Positions 10,768 through 24,738 of a stretch of DNA of 64,000 nt are shown here, one piece after another. A model generated the notes under the pieces. That model was not told the DNA's origin. It made no database searches and saw nothing but the letters and a program-made list of their open reading frames with translations. The stretch lies in assembly GCF_021869535.1 (NCBI RefSeq), contig NW_026262593.1:50964001-51028000 (forward strand). The letters are read 5' to 3'. Positions within the stretch are counted from its first letter, which is position 1. Each line of letters opens with the position of its first letter. Source of the stretch: Mytilus californianus. Its lineage: Eukaryota. The position numbers were made by a program, and so were the translations under genes.

Positions 10768-13701
10768 GTATGTAAAATTGAAGCATATCATTGAACACAG
10801 TAGACTTTCGATATTTTTGGAGATACAGTTGATTCAGTAAAGTTATCATTGATAACTTACAAACAGATTCAAAACATCCAATTAAACATGAATATTCTAG
10901 GATATATTTGCATTATATAACTTTTTGCCAATACAAAAATCACAGTATCGCTTTTGATGTAGCTACTCTTTTAAAGTATATTACAAATCTGTTCTAGGAA
11001 ATATACATGTTAACGTAGCCTCATTGTTACTAGTATGTACCCATATATCATTTGATTCAGAAATTGTACATTTATTACCTAACTGAACATATCATTTTCC
11101 TATTTTTATTTATTAATGCTACCAACACTTAGAAAAAGCAGATATCAGGATGCACAAGTAATAATTAATTGTTCCTTTTAGTAACAATTTGTTACAATGT
11201 TTTATGTACTAATACGCTTTTTGTGAATTGCATTGTCACACAGATGATGAGTACCGTGTTCCAAAAAAAAAACCTGCAACAGCTCTTTGAGGGGACCGTA
11301 TGTGACCTATTGCAAGTGATAATTTCTGACTTTATCCAACATAGTCTGATTTTCAATTGACAGTTTAATTTTTCAGCACTATGTACCGGTCGATCTACCT
11401 TACAGAACCTTTATTTTGTATCAAGTATTCATTTGTTCTTGTCTCAAATATGCATGAAATATTTAACACTGAACGTAAAGTAAACAAGAACAATCAATTA
11501 TAGATAATGAACTATGAAATCTTTCTTTTGCTCAAACTGTGACAAGATATATTATGAACCGTATAAAAAGACATATCGTTTGTTACTGCATTTCATATTT
11601 GTATTTCGTACATTGTTCTCTTATTGAAATCAGGCCGTTAGTTTTTGCGTTTGACTTGTATTACATTTTTCACTTCGGGGCCTTTTATAGATTACTATAT
11701 TGTATGGGATTTGCCCATTGTTGAAGGCCGTATGGTGAACTATAGATGTTTACTTTTATGTCATTTAATATACTATTGACGTGCCTCGGAACTTATACAT
11801 CCCGTCAATGTGTTATTGTGTTATTGTGCTATTGTCAATTTTGTATTATTGTCTTTCATTTTTGATTATGTACTTTGTCTATAGAGTGTATTTATGCCAA
11901 TTTGTTTTTCTTTATTGAAATAGTTACTTGTTTTTTAGTGATTAAGATTATATTACAATGTTGACTGCTGTGCCCCAATTTTACGACATGTTTACCTATT
12001 ATGTCTGTTTGTTTTCCTCACACATTGTCAATATAATGGAATTCTATGCAACTGTCATACAAGTGAGAGGTTAAGCAAGGTATAAAACCAGGTTTAATCC
12101 ACAATTTTCTACATAAAGAAATGTCTGTACCAAGTCAGGAATATGACAGTGTTTTCCATTCGTTTGATGTGGTTGAGATATTGATTTTGCACTTTTATAA
12201 GGGATTTTTCGTTTTGAATTTTCCTTGGAGTTCGGTATTTAAATTATTTTTTTTCTTTTTGGTCTTTGGTGGAGAGTTTTCTCATTGGCAATTATTACCC
12301 ATCTTCTTATTTTCATACACATAATGTCAATTGCGGAATAGAAGGTACTTCCGGAGAACTCAGATCACCCAGATTTTTATGGGCGAATGTTTCATTCTTT
12401 GGTTTTCTGTCTTGAATTTTTTGTAAGTTTTCGACGTTTTTGTATTTGGTTATTGTATTATGTGTTTTTTTTATATATATTAGATTGCTCCATTTATATG
12501 TTGCTCTCTTTGTTCATAATGCGGAGATATGATTACCTGTTCTACAGGACCACTTAAAGATGGGCAGCATATTGTCTTTTAACACACGTGCAATTTATAC
12601 GTAATGCACTACAGAGGGACCAAGCATTAATGTTCCTATAACATAAATTTTGTTCATATAGGTGGTCTCTTAAGCATGTTTGACTGTATATTTGGCTTTT
12701 GTGGTCTCATACAGAGCAGGAATAAAAACAGACATTAGACGTGAAGTGACGAGAAAAAGCTCACACATATCCCTTGAGTCTTATAAATCGAAATTTGGGA
12801 ATGTATAATAAGACGATCGAATGAATGATGTATTTGTAGAAAATTTTTAAAAAAACCTTATTGTACACTTCAGTTAACTAATGTCTAAGATTTACAGGCT
12901 TTGTGTAGGATAGTAGAACTTTCCAAACATGACCAGATATGGTCAATGCATATGAAATTTAGATATTCCGACATTGCAAAATGAAAAAACAATCATTCCA
13001 AAAACCATAAATCTGAAAAATCATTTAATATAATGTAATGCCTACTAAGAAATCTCACAAACAGGCAAGATCGATTACGGGGAAGGACAGATTAATTCCA
13101 GTTAAATATCAATACAAATTTTGGTAGTGGCAATTAATGTCTTCTTATGTTGGCAAAAATGTATGAGGTTAATATAAAGTATAAATTTGATTTTGTTTCA
13201 TATCAAAACTATTATGTTATATCATATTGTTAATATTTTTAGCAGTTAGCTGTTATATATTATGAAGGAATGGTTTTGATAAAAATAGTTGAAAAATAAT
13301 TCGCCAATTTAGAAAAATAAGAAATTAAACAAATTCAAGAAAAAACAAATTGTTCCTTATTCAAATAGGCTGTTGCCTGGGAAAATAGACGTTTTCAACG
13401 CATCATTTAATGTTTCATTATGATTATTTGTATTAAAACAATCATCCTGTTACCTTTTTACGGTGACACCCTCCTTAAATATTTATTTTAAATATGATCA
13501 AGATTTACTCGGATATCGTTCTGGACAGTGAAGGATTAATTGTGATTGGTGGTGGTGGTTGTGGATGAATATTCGTAAAGAGCGGTTTTATTTTGTTTTT
13601 ATCATTTCATTTGTTTATTTTTCTCTTAAATATTAAACCTGATATACTCAGTATAAGAACATATCTGTTTTAATTCTTGATCAAAACGTTGTTTTATTCA
13701 G

Positions 13702-13829
13702 CACAATGCAGTCCTAAGGCAGCCTGTCCAGCAGGTTTCTCGGTTGTGGAAAATGGTAATCCAAATAAATGCTACTTAGTAGGAGAAACTAATGTTGGAA
13801 ATTTTGCCGCTGCAATTTCGAAATACTTA
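13702..13829 (+). CDS. C-type-lectin-domain gene, coding exon 3
   Basis: TTATTCAG acceptor; it encodes AQCSPKAACPAGFSVVENGNPNKCYLVGETNVGNFAAA (CTLD N-terminal CPxGF...CY). The 3' boundary is uncertain: the frame-compatible GT after this segment (13830) is weak and lies inside the retrozyme repeat. Confidence 0.7.
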
Positions 13830-13946
13830 GTTTTTTCCCCAGGAAAAGATTACCTCAGCTGTATTTTGAAAAACCTATCAGAACTTTGGGTCCACTATGT
13901 TTTTCAATTTTGTACTTTATTTGGCAATATATTTATTTTTATTTGA

Positions 13947-13990
13947 GCGTCTCTGACGAGTCTTTTGTAGACGAAACGAGTGTCTTGGAT
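13947..13990 (+). ncRNA. Minimal type I hammerhead ribozyme motif (core intact, stem I degenerate)
   Basis: The motif is CTGACGA-GTCT[TTTGT]AGAC-GAAA-C[GAGT]G-TC, with stem II and the GUC cleavage triplet intact. The second copy at 14504-14545 keeps stem I (CGTCA/TGGCG) but has core mutations. Confidence 0.75.
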
Positions 13991-14147
13991 ACAATATTTC
14001 ACTCCTGGTATCTATGATAAGTTTATCTACAATCACTGGGTCGACACTACTGCTGGCGGAGGTCCCACCCCTCCCCCCCCCCCCCCCCGAAGTGATAACC
14101 AGTCGAGTAGTCGGCTCTTCGGTGAAGACATGAATAATCATTGATAT

Positions 14148-14327
14148 ACCATGTATAACGTATAGTAATTATTAATGTATTCCATTTTAAAGTTGTTAAG
14201 TTGTTTTAATTCTTTCTGTGATTGTATGTGATTGTATGTGATTGTTTTTTGTATATGTTTACCTCTTGTTTCACATGTGAATGTGACAGATTGTTTTTGA
14301 ATAAAGCATATTGTATTGTATTGATAT
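14148..14327 (+). mobile_element. 180-bp retroposed insert with AATAAA plus (TATTG)n tail and 8-bp target-site duplication
   Basis: ATTGATAT is present at 14140-14147 and 14320-14327. AATAAAGCATATTGTATTGTATTG forms its 3' end. Confidence 0.6.
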
Positions 14328-16329
14328 GGTCATAATTATAAATTAACTGGTTACAAAACTTTGAATTTTTAGAAATAGTATGGATTTTTCACCCCAGAAA
14401 TAGATTACATTATCTGTATTTTAGGAAACTTTTCGCAATTTTGGGTTTTCAAAGCGTTTCAACTTTGTTCTTTATTTAGCCTTTTTAACTTTTTTGATTC
14501 AAACGTCACTGATAAGTCTTCGTAAAAGAAATGTGCGTCTGGCGTACATCATTTAAATCCTGGTATCTTTGATGGGTTTACAGACATACATTTTTTGAAC
14601 ATTCATCTTGTTAAGTAGACTTGCAACGAACTTAATAGTTATTTGCTTCTATATACATATCTACATCATCAGGTTTCACTTTTGCAAATTTGGGGTCAAT
14701 AGAACCCTTTAAAACATAATGTATAACCTCTACCGTTATAGCTTGGTGGAATAGGATTGGGGAGGGTGGTAAATATTACAACGAAGCCGTTAAACCGTAT
14801 TTGTTAGTAGGACGAATTCTGGATCGTCGTGCTTTCTCGAAATTAGCTGGTTTATCCCTGTTTTTTTTTTTTTTATTAAGGCCAGAATCACTTATTAACA
14901 TAAAATGAGTAATAATAATGTTCAAATAATTATTTAAAGACATTAAACACATATCACGTTTTATGCATGCATATCTACTTTTATGTGTTTACTTTTTTAC
15001 TATTATCCTTTCATCGATTCTGTTTACTTTTTAGTCTAGGCAAGATACAGCCCTCTGTACTTATGTTCCAGTGTAGATTTTACCCCTTATGCTTCATTTT
15101 TTTTTATTATCTAAATTAAAATAATATAAATTTTTTAAACACGCTGTCTCTGTGTGTCAGGTAATTATCTTACTGCTGCACCATATCACATACTATTCAA
15201 ATTTTAGCATTAAATTCTACTACCCAAAAAGTGAAAAAATAAGAAGATTATCAAGCTCCTTTTTGAAAATGAAAATGTTCTATTGATAATTTCTTGATTT
15301 GCTGCAAATATAGGTAGATATAATGCCTAAGTATGCGTGAGTTTCATTGAAAGGAAAAAAATCAATGGGAACGACTATATACCTCTGAGATGTTAAGGGG
15401 TTGTGACATTTTCTGAAAAAAATGTTCTGATTTCAACTTTCAAGAAAATAATAGTCTGATCAAGGAGATGGGCAAAAAATATAAGATTGACAGTTTTTGC
15501 CTTTAATTTTAGGTGTATAAAATAATTCACGTAAGCGCGACAAAAAATAATACTTTGATGGTTGCTCAGAACCATCAAAATCATAGTATTGAAGCAAAGG
15601 TATGATATAAAGCATATTATTTTATATTGGAATCGACATACGCTTTGAGTACATTTTTCTGGCTACAAAATTATAATGAACAAACCATGCGTAAAACAAA
15701 CCATTCCAGAATAAGGGATGAAAGGGGGAGGGGGTAATTTCAAGAAACAAACATAAAAGCAAGATTAACGAATGCCTTTTAAAACATTGGGTAAAATCAG
15801 ATGACAAACATTTTGACAGGATACTTTGTGCTTCCACAAAATTAGATGTAAATGTTGGATTTGAAATTTAGTGATCTCGTATTGTAATTTGGACCATAGA
15901 AAGTCTGACGAAACTACGAATTTCATCACATCGTTTATAAATAGAAACTAGCAGATACGAGGGTTCCCCTTCATACCTGATACTTTCTGGGCAGTGTGAC
16001 TTAAGTGAGTTAGAAGATGAAATTCTCTTTCTCCTTTTTTGCGTCAAATATTACAAAGAGTGACAAAATTTGTTTTGAGACTATGTCTCCGTCATGTGAT
16101 AAGTTTGCTAAGATGAGCCTCTCTACCTGAACATTTAGTTTGGTTCATGACCTGTGTGGACATATCAGTATTTACAGATTTATGAAATGGTAGATAGTTT
16201 TAATTATAGAAACAGAAGCTGTTTTTTATAATTGCTTTAACTAGTTGGTTAAATATTGCGGTTATTGATTTTGTATTTACATTGTGTCATAGATCACATT
16301 TATTCGTTCAGTGTATGTTCACTTGTTTG

Positions 16330-16742
16330 TTTTAATATGTCTTTTGAATGAGTTAAGCCATTTTAATTGATATGTTATAGTGTGTCTTTCTATGTTGTGA
16401 TGTTACACTATTGTTTCAGGTAAGGGTGAAGGTTGGTACCTATGAAAATCGCTGCATTTGTTTGCACCTGTCCTAAGTCAGGCACCTGATGTTCAGTGGT
16501 TGTCATTTGTTGATGTGGTTCATAAGTGTTTCTCGTTTTTTTATATAAATTAGACCGTTGGTTTCCTGCTTGAATGGTTTTACACTAGTCATATTTGGGG
16601 CCCTTTATAGCTTGCTGTTTGGTGTGAGCCAAGGCTCCGTGTTGAAGACCGTACTTTGACCTATAATGGTTTACTTTTACAAATTGTGACTTGGATGGAG
16701 AGTTGTCTCATTGGGTCTCATACCACATCTTCTTTTATCTAT
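16330..16742 (+). repeat. Abundant dispersed repeat ending GAGAGTTGTCTCATTGG...CATACCACATCTTCTT
   Basis: Related copies lie at about 11555-11765, 11930-12305, 29705-29862, 37670-37815, 37930-38228 and 48232-48408 (+), and 223-285, 33095-33260, 33410-33600, 33785-34200 and 60612-60745 (-). Confidence 0.85.
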
Positions 16743-17151
16743 TTGATAAACCAGGCGTTTGAAGCATATCCATCAGGGTCAACAGTCCAACAAATGACCA
16801 TTCAGGCTCAGTCTACTGCTTTTCCAGTTGCATACATACTCGCCTTTGCTCTCACTACAGAATATTGTACTTTAAACAGAACCTCGTTACAATGTATTTC
16901 GCTTTGTCAACCATTAATCTGCCTAAACTTGCTGTTTTTGGTATATGATCGAACACAATGTTTTCATGCTGAATATGTGTTGATGGATATAAAAAAAACC
17001 AATAGTATGGCCATTTGTATTTCTTAATAATTTCAGTATGAAAGAAACCACACCAAAGTAAAAGCATGATTTCATAAGGCTAAATGTACTCACGTATATT
17101 GTCAATTTAAAAAAAAAATGTACTTAATACATGTAATTATATAATTTTCAG

Positions 17152-17230
17152 GTGGCTTGTGCTGCGGGAGGATCACTTTTTGAGCCTGTAACGACAGCAG
17201 AATTGAATGCAGTACAAGGTATTATACCCA
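17152..17230 (+). CDS. C-type-lectin-domain gene, coding exon 4
   Basis: TTTTCAG acceptor and A|GTAAGT donor. It encodes VACAAGGSLFEPVTTAELNAVQGIIP (CTLD 'C...GG.L.....E' helix pattern); the other two frames contain stops. Confidence 0.8.
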
Positions 17231-19741
17231 GTAAGTGTTTTTAAAATATGTTGGTGTTTCCATTATTCCAAATACAATTTGGATTCATATAGTACACAAT
17301 TTACTATAATTAAACTGGCAACCACATCTGCTAAACTATAAACATTTTTTACGACACTCATAGATGAAAAGCAAGACCATTATTTTTGTAGTTTCCAATG
17401 TTATATTAACTTAATATGTTAGTTGGCAAGTCAATGACGATGACAAACTACTAAATCAATCGTTCGTCACGTAATTTCACTTAGATTAATCTTCCTTAGC
17501 GTTGTTTTACAAATGTGCTGATCAAAGAATTACTAGTATTGACAACTTAACAGCGTTCAACATTTCTTTTTCCACATTGTTTATAGCAAAACGAAGGTGT
17601 CAATTCTAGAAATGATAATCATATGATGTTTATATTTATTCATCTAGAATAGATTGTTGAAAAATATATTTTAAAATGTATTACCTATTGTTTCTTCAAT
17701 AACTTATATCTCATGTATTATTTCAGAGAATACATTTCTAGGTAAAATGTGGCAATGACAAGCATTAATGGCTACGTTGTCGTAAGTTCAAATAAAATGG
17801 CGGTCATTTCGTGTCTAAACTATACCTGATCCTGATTTGTGCTGAAAAACTCAAGATACCTTCAATTGTATATAGAGCAAACCAAAAGTTTGATAATATA
17901 TGTACAAAAACAAGTACTTCTGATCTGAAATACAGGGCAAACGTGCCTTACTATTGTATTTTCATATATATATTTTTTTTCCAAAGAAACTTTCAACAAG
18001 TATTCTACAGTGACCATAAGATCTAAAGATTTCATTTGGTACCAAAAGAATCCAAATATTTTACGTGTTTGCCAAAGTTAAAGCTATGCGTAGGAACTAT
18101 TTTGTATAAAATATGTACTACATTCTTGTATGTAAATTCTGACTGTGGTCATCCATCATCTATGCGGTTTCTTTGATCACCAAAAAAGAAAATAAAAGAA
18201 TGAATTATTATCAAAGAATGTGAAGAAAAATTTCTAGTGATTTGATTTGACGAGGATTTGTAATATATGAATTAAGGAAAATCACCAATTTTTATGTTCA
18301 ATTGATACATAAACCGTTCCCAATCCGTGTTTTCCAATGTTATAGTGATATTTTATAAATTTTGCAGCTAACTGTATAACCCCTAGCATTATACATGTAA
18401 CATTTAAATTACCTTTCAATTCTATATTTCAGATTTAAAATCCAAATTTTGAGTTATGAAAATCACAGAAATGTAGAGGGTTGTAGAAATCAAATTTTCC
18501 GGTTTAAGCTCAAATTGCGATGTTTTTTCCATCTGTTTTGAGGCCAGAAAAGGTTATTAAGACCTCTAGATAAACTGGTTTGCTGAAAAAAAGACTTTTG
18601 ATATTACGTTCTCTACCCAAAATACCATTTTGGTTGCAATTGCTCTCCATGCTTTAAGAAGGCTGTATAGCATGAAACTGACGCTTTTTCCCTCAACATG
18701 AGACTATTTATTGCTCGGGCTAAACGTTCAGTTTTAGCCCAAATACGAACCTCGTAATTTGAAATCGGATAAAACACAATTTTCTTAAAAGGTAAACTGC
18801 ATAAATGAACGGTTAATTCAGTATATTGTCTCAAAGTTTAAAGCGCATTCTTTATATGTTATAGGTAAACAAAAGCTCTGATTGCTTTTAATTTGAATCA
18901 ATAACACAAAGTTCTAAATTTGAGTACACAGAATCATGCATAAGATCAAAATTGCTCATATTTCTCCACACAATTTCATACAAATATATGTACATTCAAA
19001 TCATTATATCACCAATACATCATCAGTAATGTCGAAGTCATCACATCTAATCGTTTGTGCTGGTTTAGATCATGTATATCCACTTGTAACTAGATGTACC
19101 TAGGAAAGTAGGATAGCTAGGGCTCAACGACATGCTCTGCAGAAACAATTGTTATCCTTAGATGGTGCGGTCCGCGTCTTCATCCACTCCAAAACCATGT
19201 GTTGCTTTGGAAAGTTATGGCTGATGACGTCCATAGGCTCTGTTTCAGTGGGATTAAAGGTTACTTAACAGGCTTCCTGCAGTTATCGACGACTACAATA
19301 TATATTATAAACGACTCATCGTACCTGTTTTCGTCAAAATGGTTAGCCGACTGCTCAGCTGATCGCCTTGTTCCCTAAAAAAGTAGCCGTTGATAAATAG
19401 CCATCATCAACTATAAGTAAAAAGAAACCCCGGCATTCCAACCTGTTAGTTCAACCGACTAAGCTCAATGTCCTCTGTCTGTCATCTATAAAACCATCAA
19501 CAAATACAACTAATATGCCGAACATAAGCGGCAAATTGTAACAAAATAAAGAAAAGGATCGTTCGCATCAGTCTTTGTTTGTGTGTGGGACGTCTAACAC
19601 CCCATTATTATTATAATTAATTCCATCGCCCGCGAATATGCACAAGGAAATGCCGTTTTTACCCTCTCTATAAAGATATGTGCCAAAATGCAAATGCCTT
19701 TTTCTCAAACTTTTGTTATTTTTTCTTTTGTGTTTTTTCAG

Positions 19742-19858
19742 CGACTACTCCGGCTGCATCGTATTACATTGGATATACCGACATTGGCACTATAGCTAGT
19801 CCCCCAACAGGGATTCACACTGGTAACGGTCTTCCAGCTAATGGAGTAGCGCCGACTT
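19742..19858 (+). CDS. C-type-lectin-domain gene, coding exon 5
   Basis: TTTTTTCAG acceptor and GTAAGT donor, 117 nt, phase 1/1. It encodes TTTPAASYYIGYTDIGTIASPPTGIHTGNGLPANGVAPT, where YIGYTD corresponds to the WIGL.D motif. Confidence 0.8.
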
Positions 19859-22625
19859 GTAAGTTCAAATAACTGTTACACATGAATATTGAAAGATTCT
19901 CGATTAATAGTACTGGCCCAAAAAAGTTAAGCATCTGTGCAAAGCGCAAACACATAAATATTCGTCGCTAGCATTCCACTCATATCTTTGATTAAACCCC
20001 TTATTTTTTTAAAAAGTATCAAACATTTAATTTTAGTATGATTTTAATTAACTTTGCAACACTAAATACAGAATTGTCATAGGTTTATTCAAACAAATTT
20101 AAGTGTTGAGAATATTAATTTTTAAAGATGTACATTTTGTCAGGAAAAAACAAAAATACCGAACTCCAATTTGGTGTGTTTTTTAACTACAATAAAATCG
20201 TAAATAATTATCCAGAACGCCTACATGAAGAGAAAACAAAAACAATTGAAAACAAAATTATGAATAGATAAGCTAATAATCTTAAGTAAAGTCGGTGTCT
20301 ATCAACACCTGTTTTTCTGTTGTTTTTTTTTAAATTCAACCATGATTGCTATTGGACATTAAGATATCATAGAAAGATACAGCAGAAGATCAATGTGACG
20401 AATGCTTATGTCCATGAACTGCAGGTGGCGAAATTGAAAGTGCTCAGTTTCGAAGGGTAAATAATGCTTTGCCAATGAAAGAATTTTTGTGAATATTAAC
20501 AAGACGGTTTAAATTCACTCGGTGATGATGAATTGTAATAGGCTTTCAATTCGTCTGCATTTGGTCACGTTTTGTGGCCTGTACTTTTATTTTATAACTT
20601 TTTTAAGAAAATGTTTTGATTGTCAATGAGAACAAAGCTAGCAATAGAAGAATAGTGCGAGAATGCAGTGATTTGCATTTCACTTGAAAAAAAAAGCTTC
20701 CGGAATTTTATAGCTAAACCTGCAAACATATTTCATATTATTTGCTTAGAATTGATTTCTGGGTATTAAAAGTGAGTATTTAATTTGTTACTTTCTATCA
20801 TGTGTTCATGTTTATTACAGACGTTAACTTATTTTTTTTAATATTTTTAGGGAAAGGGGGAGGGGAGGGCGGCGTTGTGGATAGACGCACGAATAATGGT
20901 GTAGGGATAAATTGGATGTAAACGGCAATGCATAGGATCTTTATTTTCTTATTTGATAGACGAAAACCTTTTCTGGTATCAATAAAGGCAACAGTAGTAT
21001 ACAGGTGTTCAAAAGTCATAAATCGATTGAGAGAAAACAAATTCGGGTTATAAACTAAAACTTGCAAGGTTTTTTTGGAAGAAAATACGTTCTTTCGGGT
21101 TAGGATTTTGAAAAAAGCAACCAATAATTTTTTTTTATAAATTCAAACCGAACAGTTCAAACCCTTGCGCACAATTTCGAGTTCGAGATCAGCAAGTCTA
21201 TGTGCAATTGTTATCAAATATGAGTATAATACTTACAAACGATCCTGTATGGTATACTATATTCAAATATGTATTCAACTAACTGTGTATTTAAAGTGAA
21301 CCCTTCAATATTTCATATATGTTTACCCAACAAAATCCACTGATATGCAACATTGTGAAATGAGAGCATTAAAGTAAATTAAAGGATCGGTACCTTTATA
21401 TATTTAATGTGGACAAAGTTACAGAAAATGAATATAATTATATGGTGTTACACCCGAATTTTTATGACACATTATCAAGTTCTTTTAGCCAACAAAACTA
21501 CTTATCATCAATTGCGACCCCAAGGGATGACATGGGTATAGTAATATATAGAAACTCCTGTTCCTTTAATCGACGGTTTATCTCAGTCTTAGGAGAGATG
21601 TCTGTGTGGTCGTTGGGGAATATATAAACGCAGAAACGTCTGAAACGAATAGGGACGTTTAATTCGATGACTCGTGTAAGGAGAAGGCCATACTTGTTCA
21701 ACAAAAATAAACTTTGCAACAACTTTTCTAAGGGTCCATAGATGGCATATTATAAGGCAAAACATTTACCCTTATCGAACATTCCATAATTGAAGGCACC
21801 ATCAAGGGGTACATGTACTGCAGGATTTATTCTTAAATTTCAAATATTCTGAAAAAAATAAGTTGTTTTTGCATTTTGATACATACAACCCATGATCGTT
21901 ATGATTTCAACAGCTGACGATGAACAAATTTTTCAATTTTACCTTAAGCTTCGTCTTGGACAACAACCTCTTGTCAAAAAAAATTCTATTTTCTCAAAAT
22001 TAAAAAATATTCATACTACATATGTTTGGCAACATTTTCGCTAACCTTTTACTAATTTACAAACATTACCATCGATATTATTGATATTTATGCATTTCGT
22101 AAATGCATTACAAAGAAGAGGTTGCCAAATTACAACAAACTCGTTTCAATGTCAAAATGGTACTTGACCTCCATATTGCCCCAAGTAATAACACGAACGC
22201 AAGTAACCAAAAGTAGTGTATTTACTGATACTTCCCGTGAGGGCTTACAAGGCATCTATACAACTGCCTTCTCCAAAAGTATTATCGAATTAAAGATTTA
22301 TTTCCCAGAACCCGGGTATGTGTAATTCCCGATGGTGACATGTTGACTAAGTGGGAATTCGCATGGCGGATGATGCATGCAAAGAAGGAGACGCTTACCC
22401 TGTCAATGCACCCGGTCTGGATCCTCTTGAAGTTCATACGGTGCCATCAGTTTTTGTTTGTGGTACATTTATTTGTTTCTTCTAATTGATAAACTATATT
22501 TAATCATTGGTGAATTTCTGTCGCTTAACATATGTTGATGAAATAATGAGTTTTAAAAGGTATTTGTTTACCTATGAGTTATTAATGCTAATAATTAAAT
22601 ATTAACATGTTAATGAACATTACAG

Positions 22626-22744
22626 TTGCTATTGCTGCTAATGAATGTGTAACTGTTCCGAAAAGCGGACCATTTGTCGTCGTTGCAAATTGTGTTGGTA
22701 CTGCAAGGGTACTCTGTGAAGCGAGATTGGTGAGTAAGACATAA
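22626..22744 (+). CDS. C-type-lectin-domain gene, last recognisable coding exon
   Basis: TTACAG acceptor; it encodes FAIAANECVTVPKSGPFVVVANCVGTARVLCEARL (ECV...C...LCE). It then either splices at GTGAGT (22730) or reads VSKT to TAA at 22742-22744. The six exons total 579 nt, or 192 aa. Confidence 0.75.
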
Positions 22745-24738
22745 AAATATACTTCAGTATTATCAGCCAACAGAGACGAGAAAATTCATCCATCTTACTT
22801 TAATTGCGTTTCAAATTACATATGCAATTTTGTTATATAATTGCAGATTATACGATTGCAGTTTTAATGGCTTGTTTCTAAAGTAAGATGAGAAAGTTCT
22901 TGACTGTACCTAATTGTTTGACATATGTTCTAACGAGTTCGATTTCAATCGAAACGTCAGGAAATTAAGTTGGAGCAAAATGCATTAATAAAATTGCATA
23001 TCACAAACGAAATAAGTGATTTAGATATTTTTCTCCTTTTACCAAGTACCACTTCCTTAGTACTTCCGAGTGGTCGAGTGTACGTCGTATTCTTATATTT
23101 TTAATAATTTTGATCGGAAATCAGATAGTAAATTATCGATTGCATTTTATAAGCAAATGCGTAAAACGCATAAACATGAATTTTAGCCTTTTGAAAGAAT
23201 AGACATTTTCATTCAGATGAAAAATATCAGGATATGAAATGTATCGAACACCACACTGTAAACACACGAAAGTCTATTTACAGTTCCTTATATGATAAAA
23301 GATCGCGAAAATAACGGGAAATACAATCCCAACTTATCTTATATCGGGAATGACGGTCAAGATAATAAAAAAAATCAATTTTCAATTATATTTTAAACAA
23401 TGTGTAACAATATATACATATTACTTTGCAAGTATTTAGAAGAAGAATAGTCCTGTCGACTCTACTCTCTGATATCGTTATATGTTTTCATAATAACAAA
23501 TACAGTTAGATTTTAGTAAGGTCAAGAACAGTAAATGGGCCATGTCACAGATTTTGGTAAAATTTGGAAAACACGTTACGAAATCTAACTAAAAAATCGA
23601 GAAAAAAATCATTCATTTAACTGTTATGTATAAAAAATAGTTCAGAATTTTGTTTTGTTGTCCATTCTTAAAACATCACAATAATCAATGCTCGCAATAT
23701 ATTCTGAATTTACAGTATAATCTGGACCACTTAAGTTTATATTTTCTTTATACGAGACAGCTCGCCCGACTAGGCCAAATTAAGAAACAAACAAAGAAAA
23801 GGTGGAGACTTTATTAATTTCATCATACTGATTTATTCGGATTTGTTTTATATTATAATCATTGCTTTATATTTGCAGGATAAGGTCAAATGTGTGTGTC
23901 CGTAGTCCACCAGAGAAATGTTATTTATTAAATAAATCATCTTGTACATATTTTCTATTTTCTTTAAACATCTCAATGTGTTACCATCGTTACACTCAAT
24001 TTTATCTCTGAGATTACAAAGCCTTTCGTCGAAATCAATATGATTTTGAATCAGTAGGTAACAGTCCCGACAATTTTGCTGTTTAAAAATAATTTTGAAA
24101 AACAATGACAATGTCATCTGCATTTTTCAATTATCGCTGAATTTTGTACAATAGGTAACACAATAGACATCAACGACAGTTTGTAGCAGCTCCATTAATT
24201 AGACTCTTCATCAACGCCAATTAATGAACCTTTGACAAGAGAGACATTGTAGTTAAAACAAGTATTAGTTTTTCCAAAAGCTTGTCTGAATTAAGCATTT
24301 ATTTGAGAAATATGTTACTAAAAGGTATGATAAATCTGGTATAGGTTTAATAAAATTGATAATGGAGGCGTCCTTCAGCTTGCCCCTAAACAAATATGTA
24401 TATTAGTTCAGTGATAATAGACGTCATACTAAACTCCAAATTATACACAAGAAACTAAAATTAAAAATGATCCAAGACTAACAAAGGCCAGAGGTTCCTG
24501 ACTTGGGACAGGCGCTAAAAAAAAGATCTCAACCCTCCCCCTATACCTCTAGCCAATGTAGAAAAAACAAACGTACAACAGTACGCACAGTAAAACTCAG
24601 TTTAAGAGAAGTCCGAGTCCGATGTCAGAATAGGAAACAAAAGAAAATAAACAAAATGACAATAATACATAAATAACAACAGACTACTAGCAGTTACTGA
24701 CATGCCAGCTCCATACCTCAATTACACTGATTGAAAGA

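Larger units (their letters stand above)
13813..14582 (+). mobile_element. Non-LTR retrozyme-type tandem repeat (about 376-nt monomer) with two minimal hammerhead motifs
   Basis: 13818-13925 aligns to 14371-14480. Hammerhead cores start at 13953 and 14509, 556 nt apart, or 376 nt after removing a 180-nt insert. Confidence 0.8.

Noticed and set aside
16753-17027. Open frame AFEAYPSGSTVQQMTIQAQ... after a CAG, as a possible extra lectin exon
   Set aside because: There is no good donor, no CTLD similarity, and the gene model is phase-consistent without it.
22925-22965. CTAACGAG...GAT-TTCA-ATC-GAAACGTC hammerhead-like string
   Set aside because: The core G5 is mutated and stem I does not pair convincingly, so it cannot be called a ribozyme.
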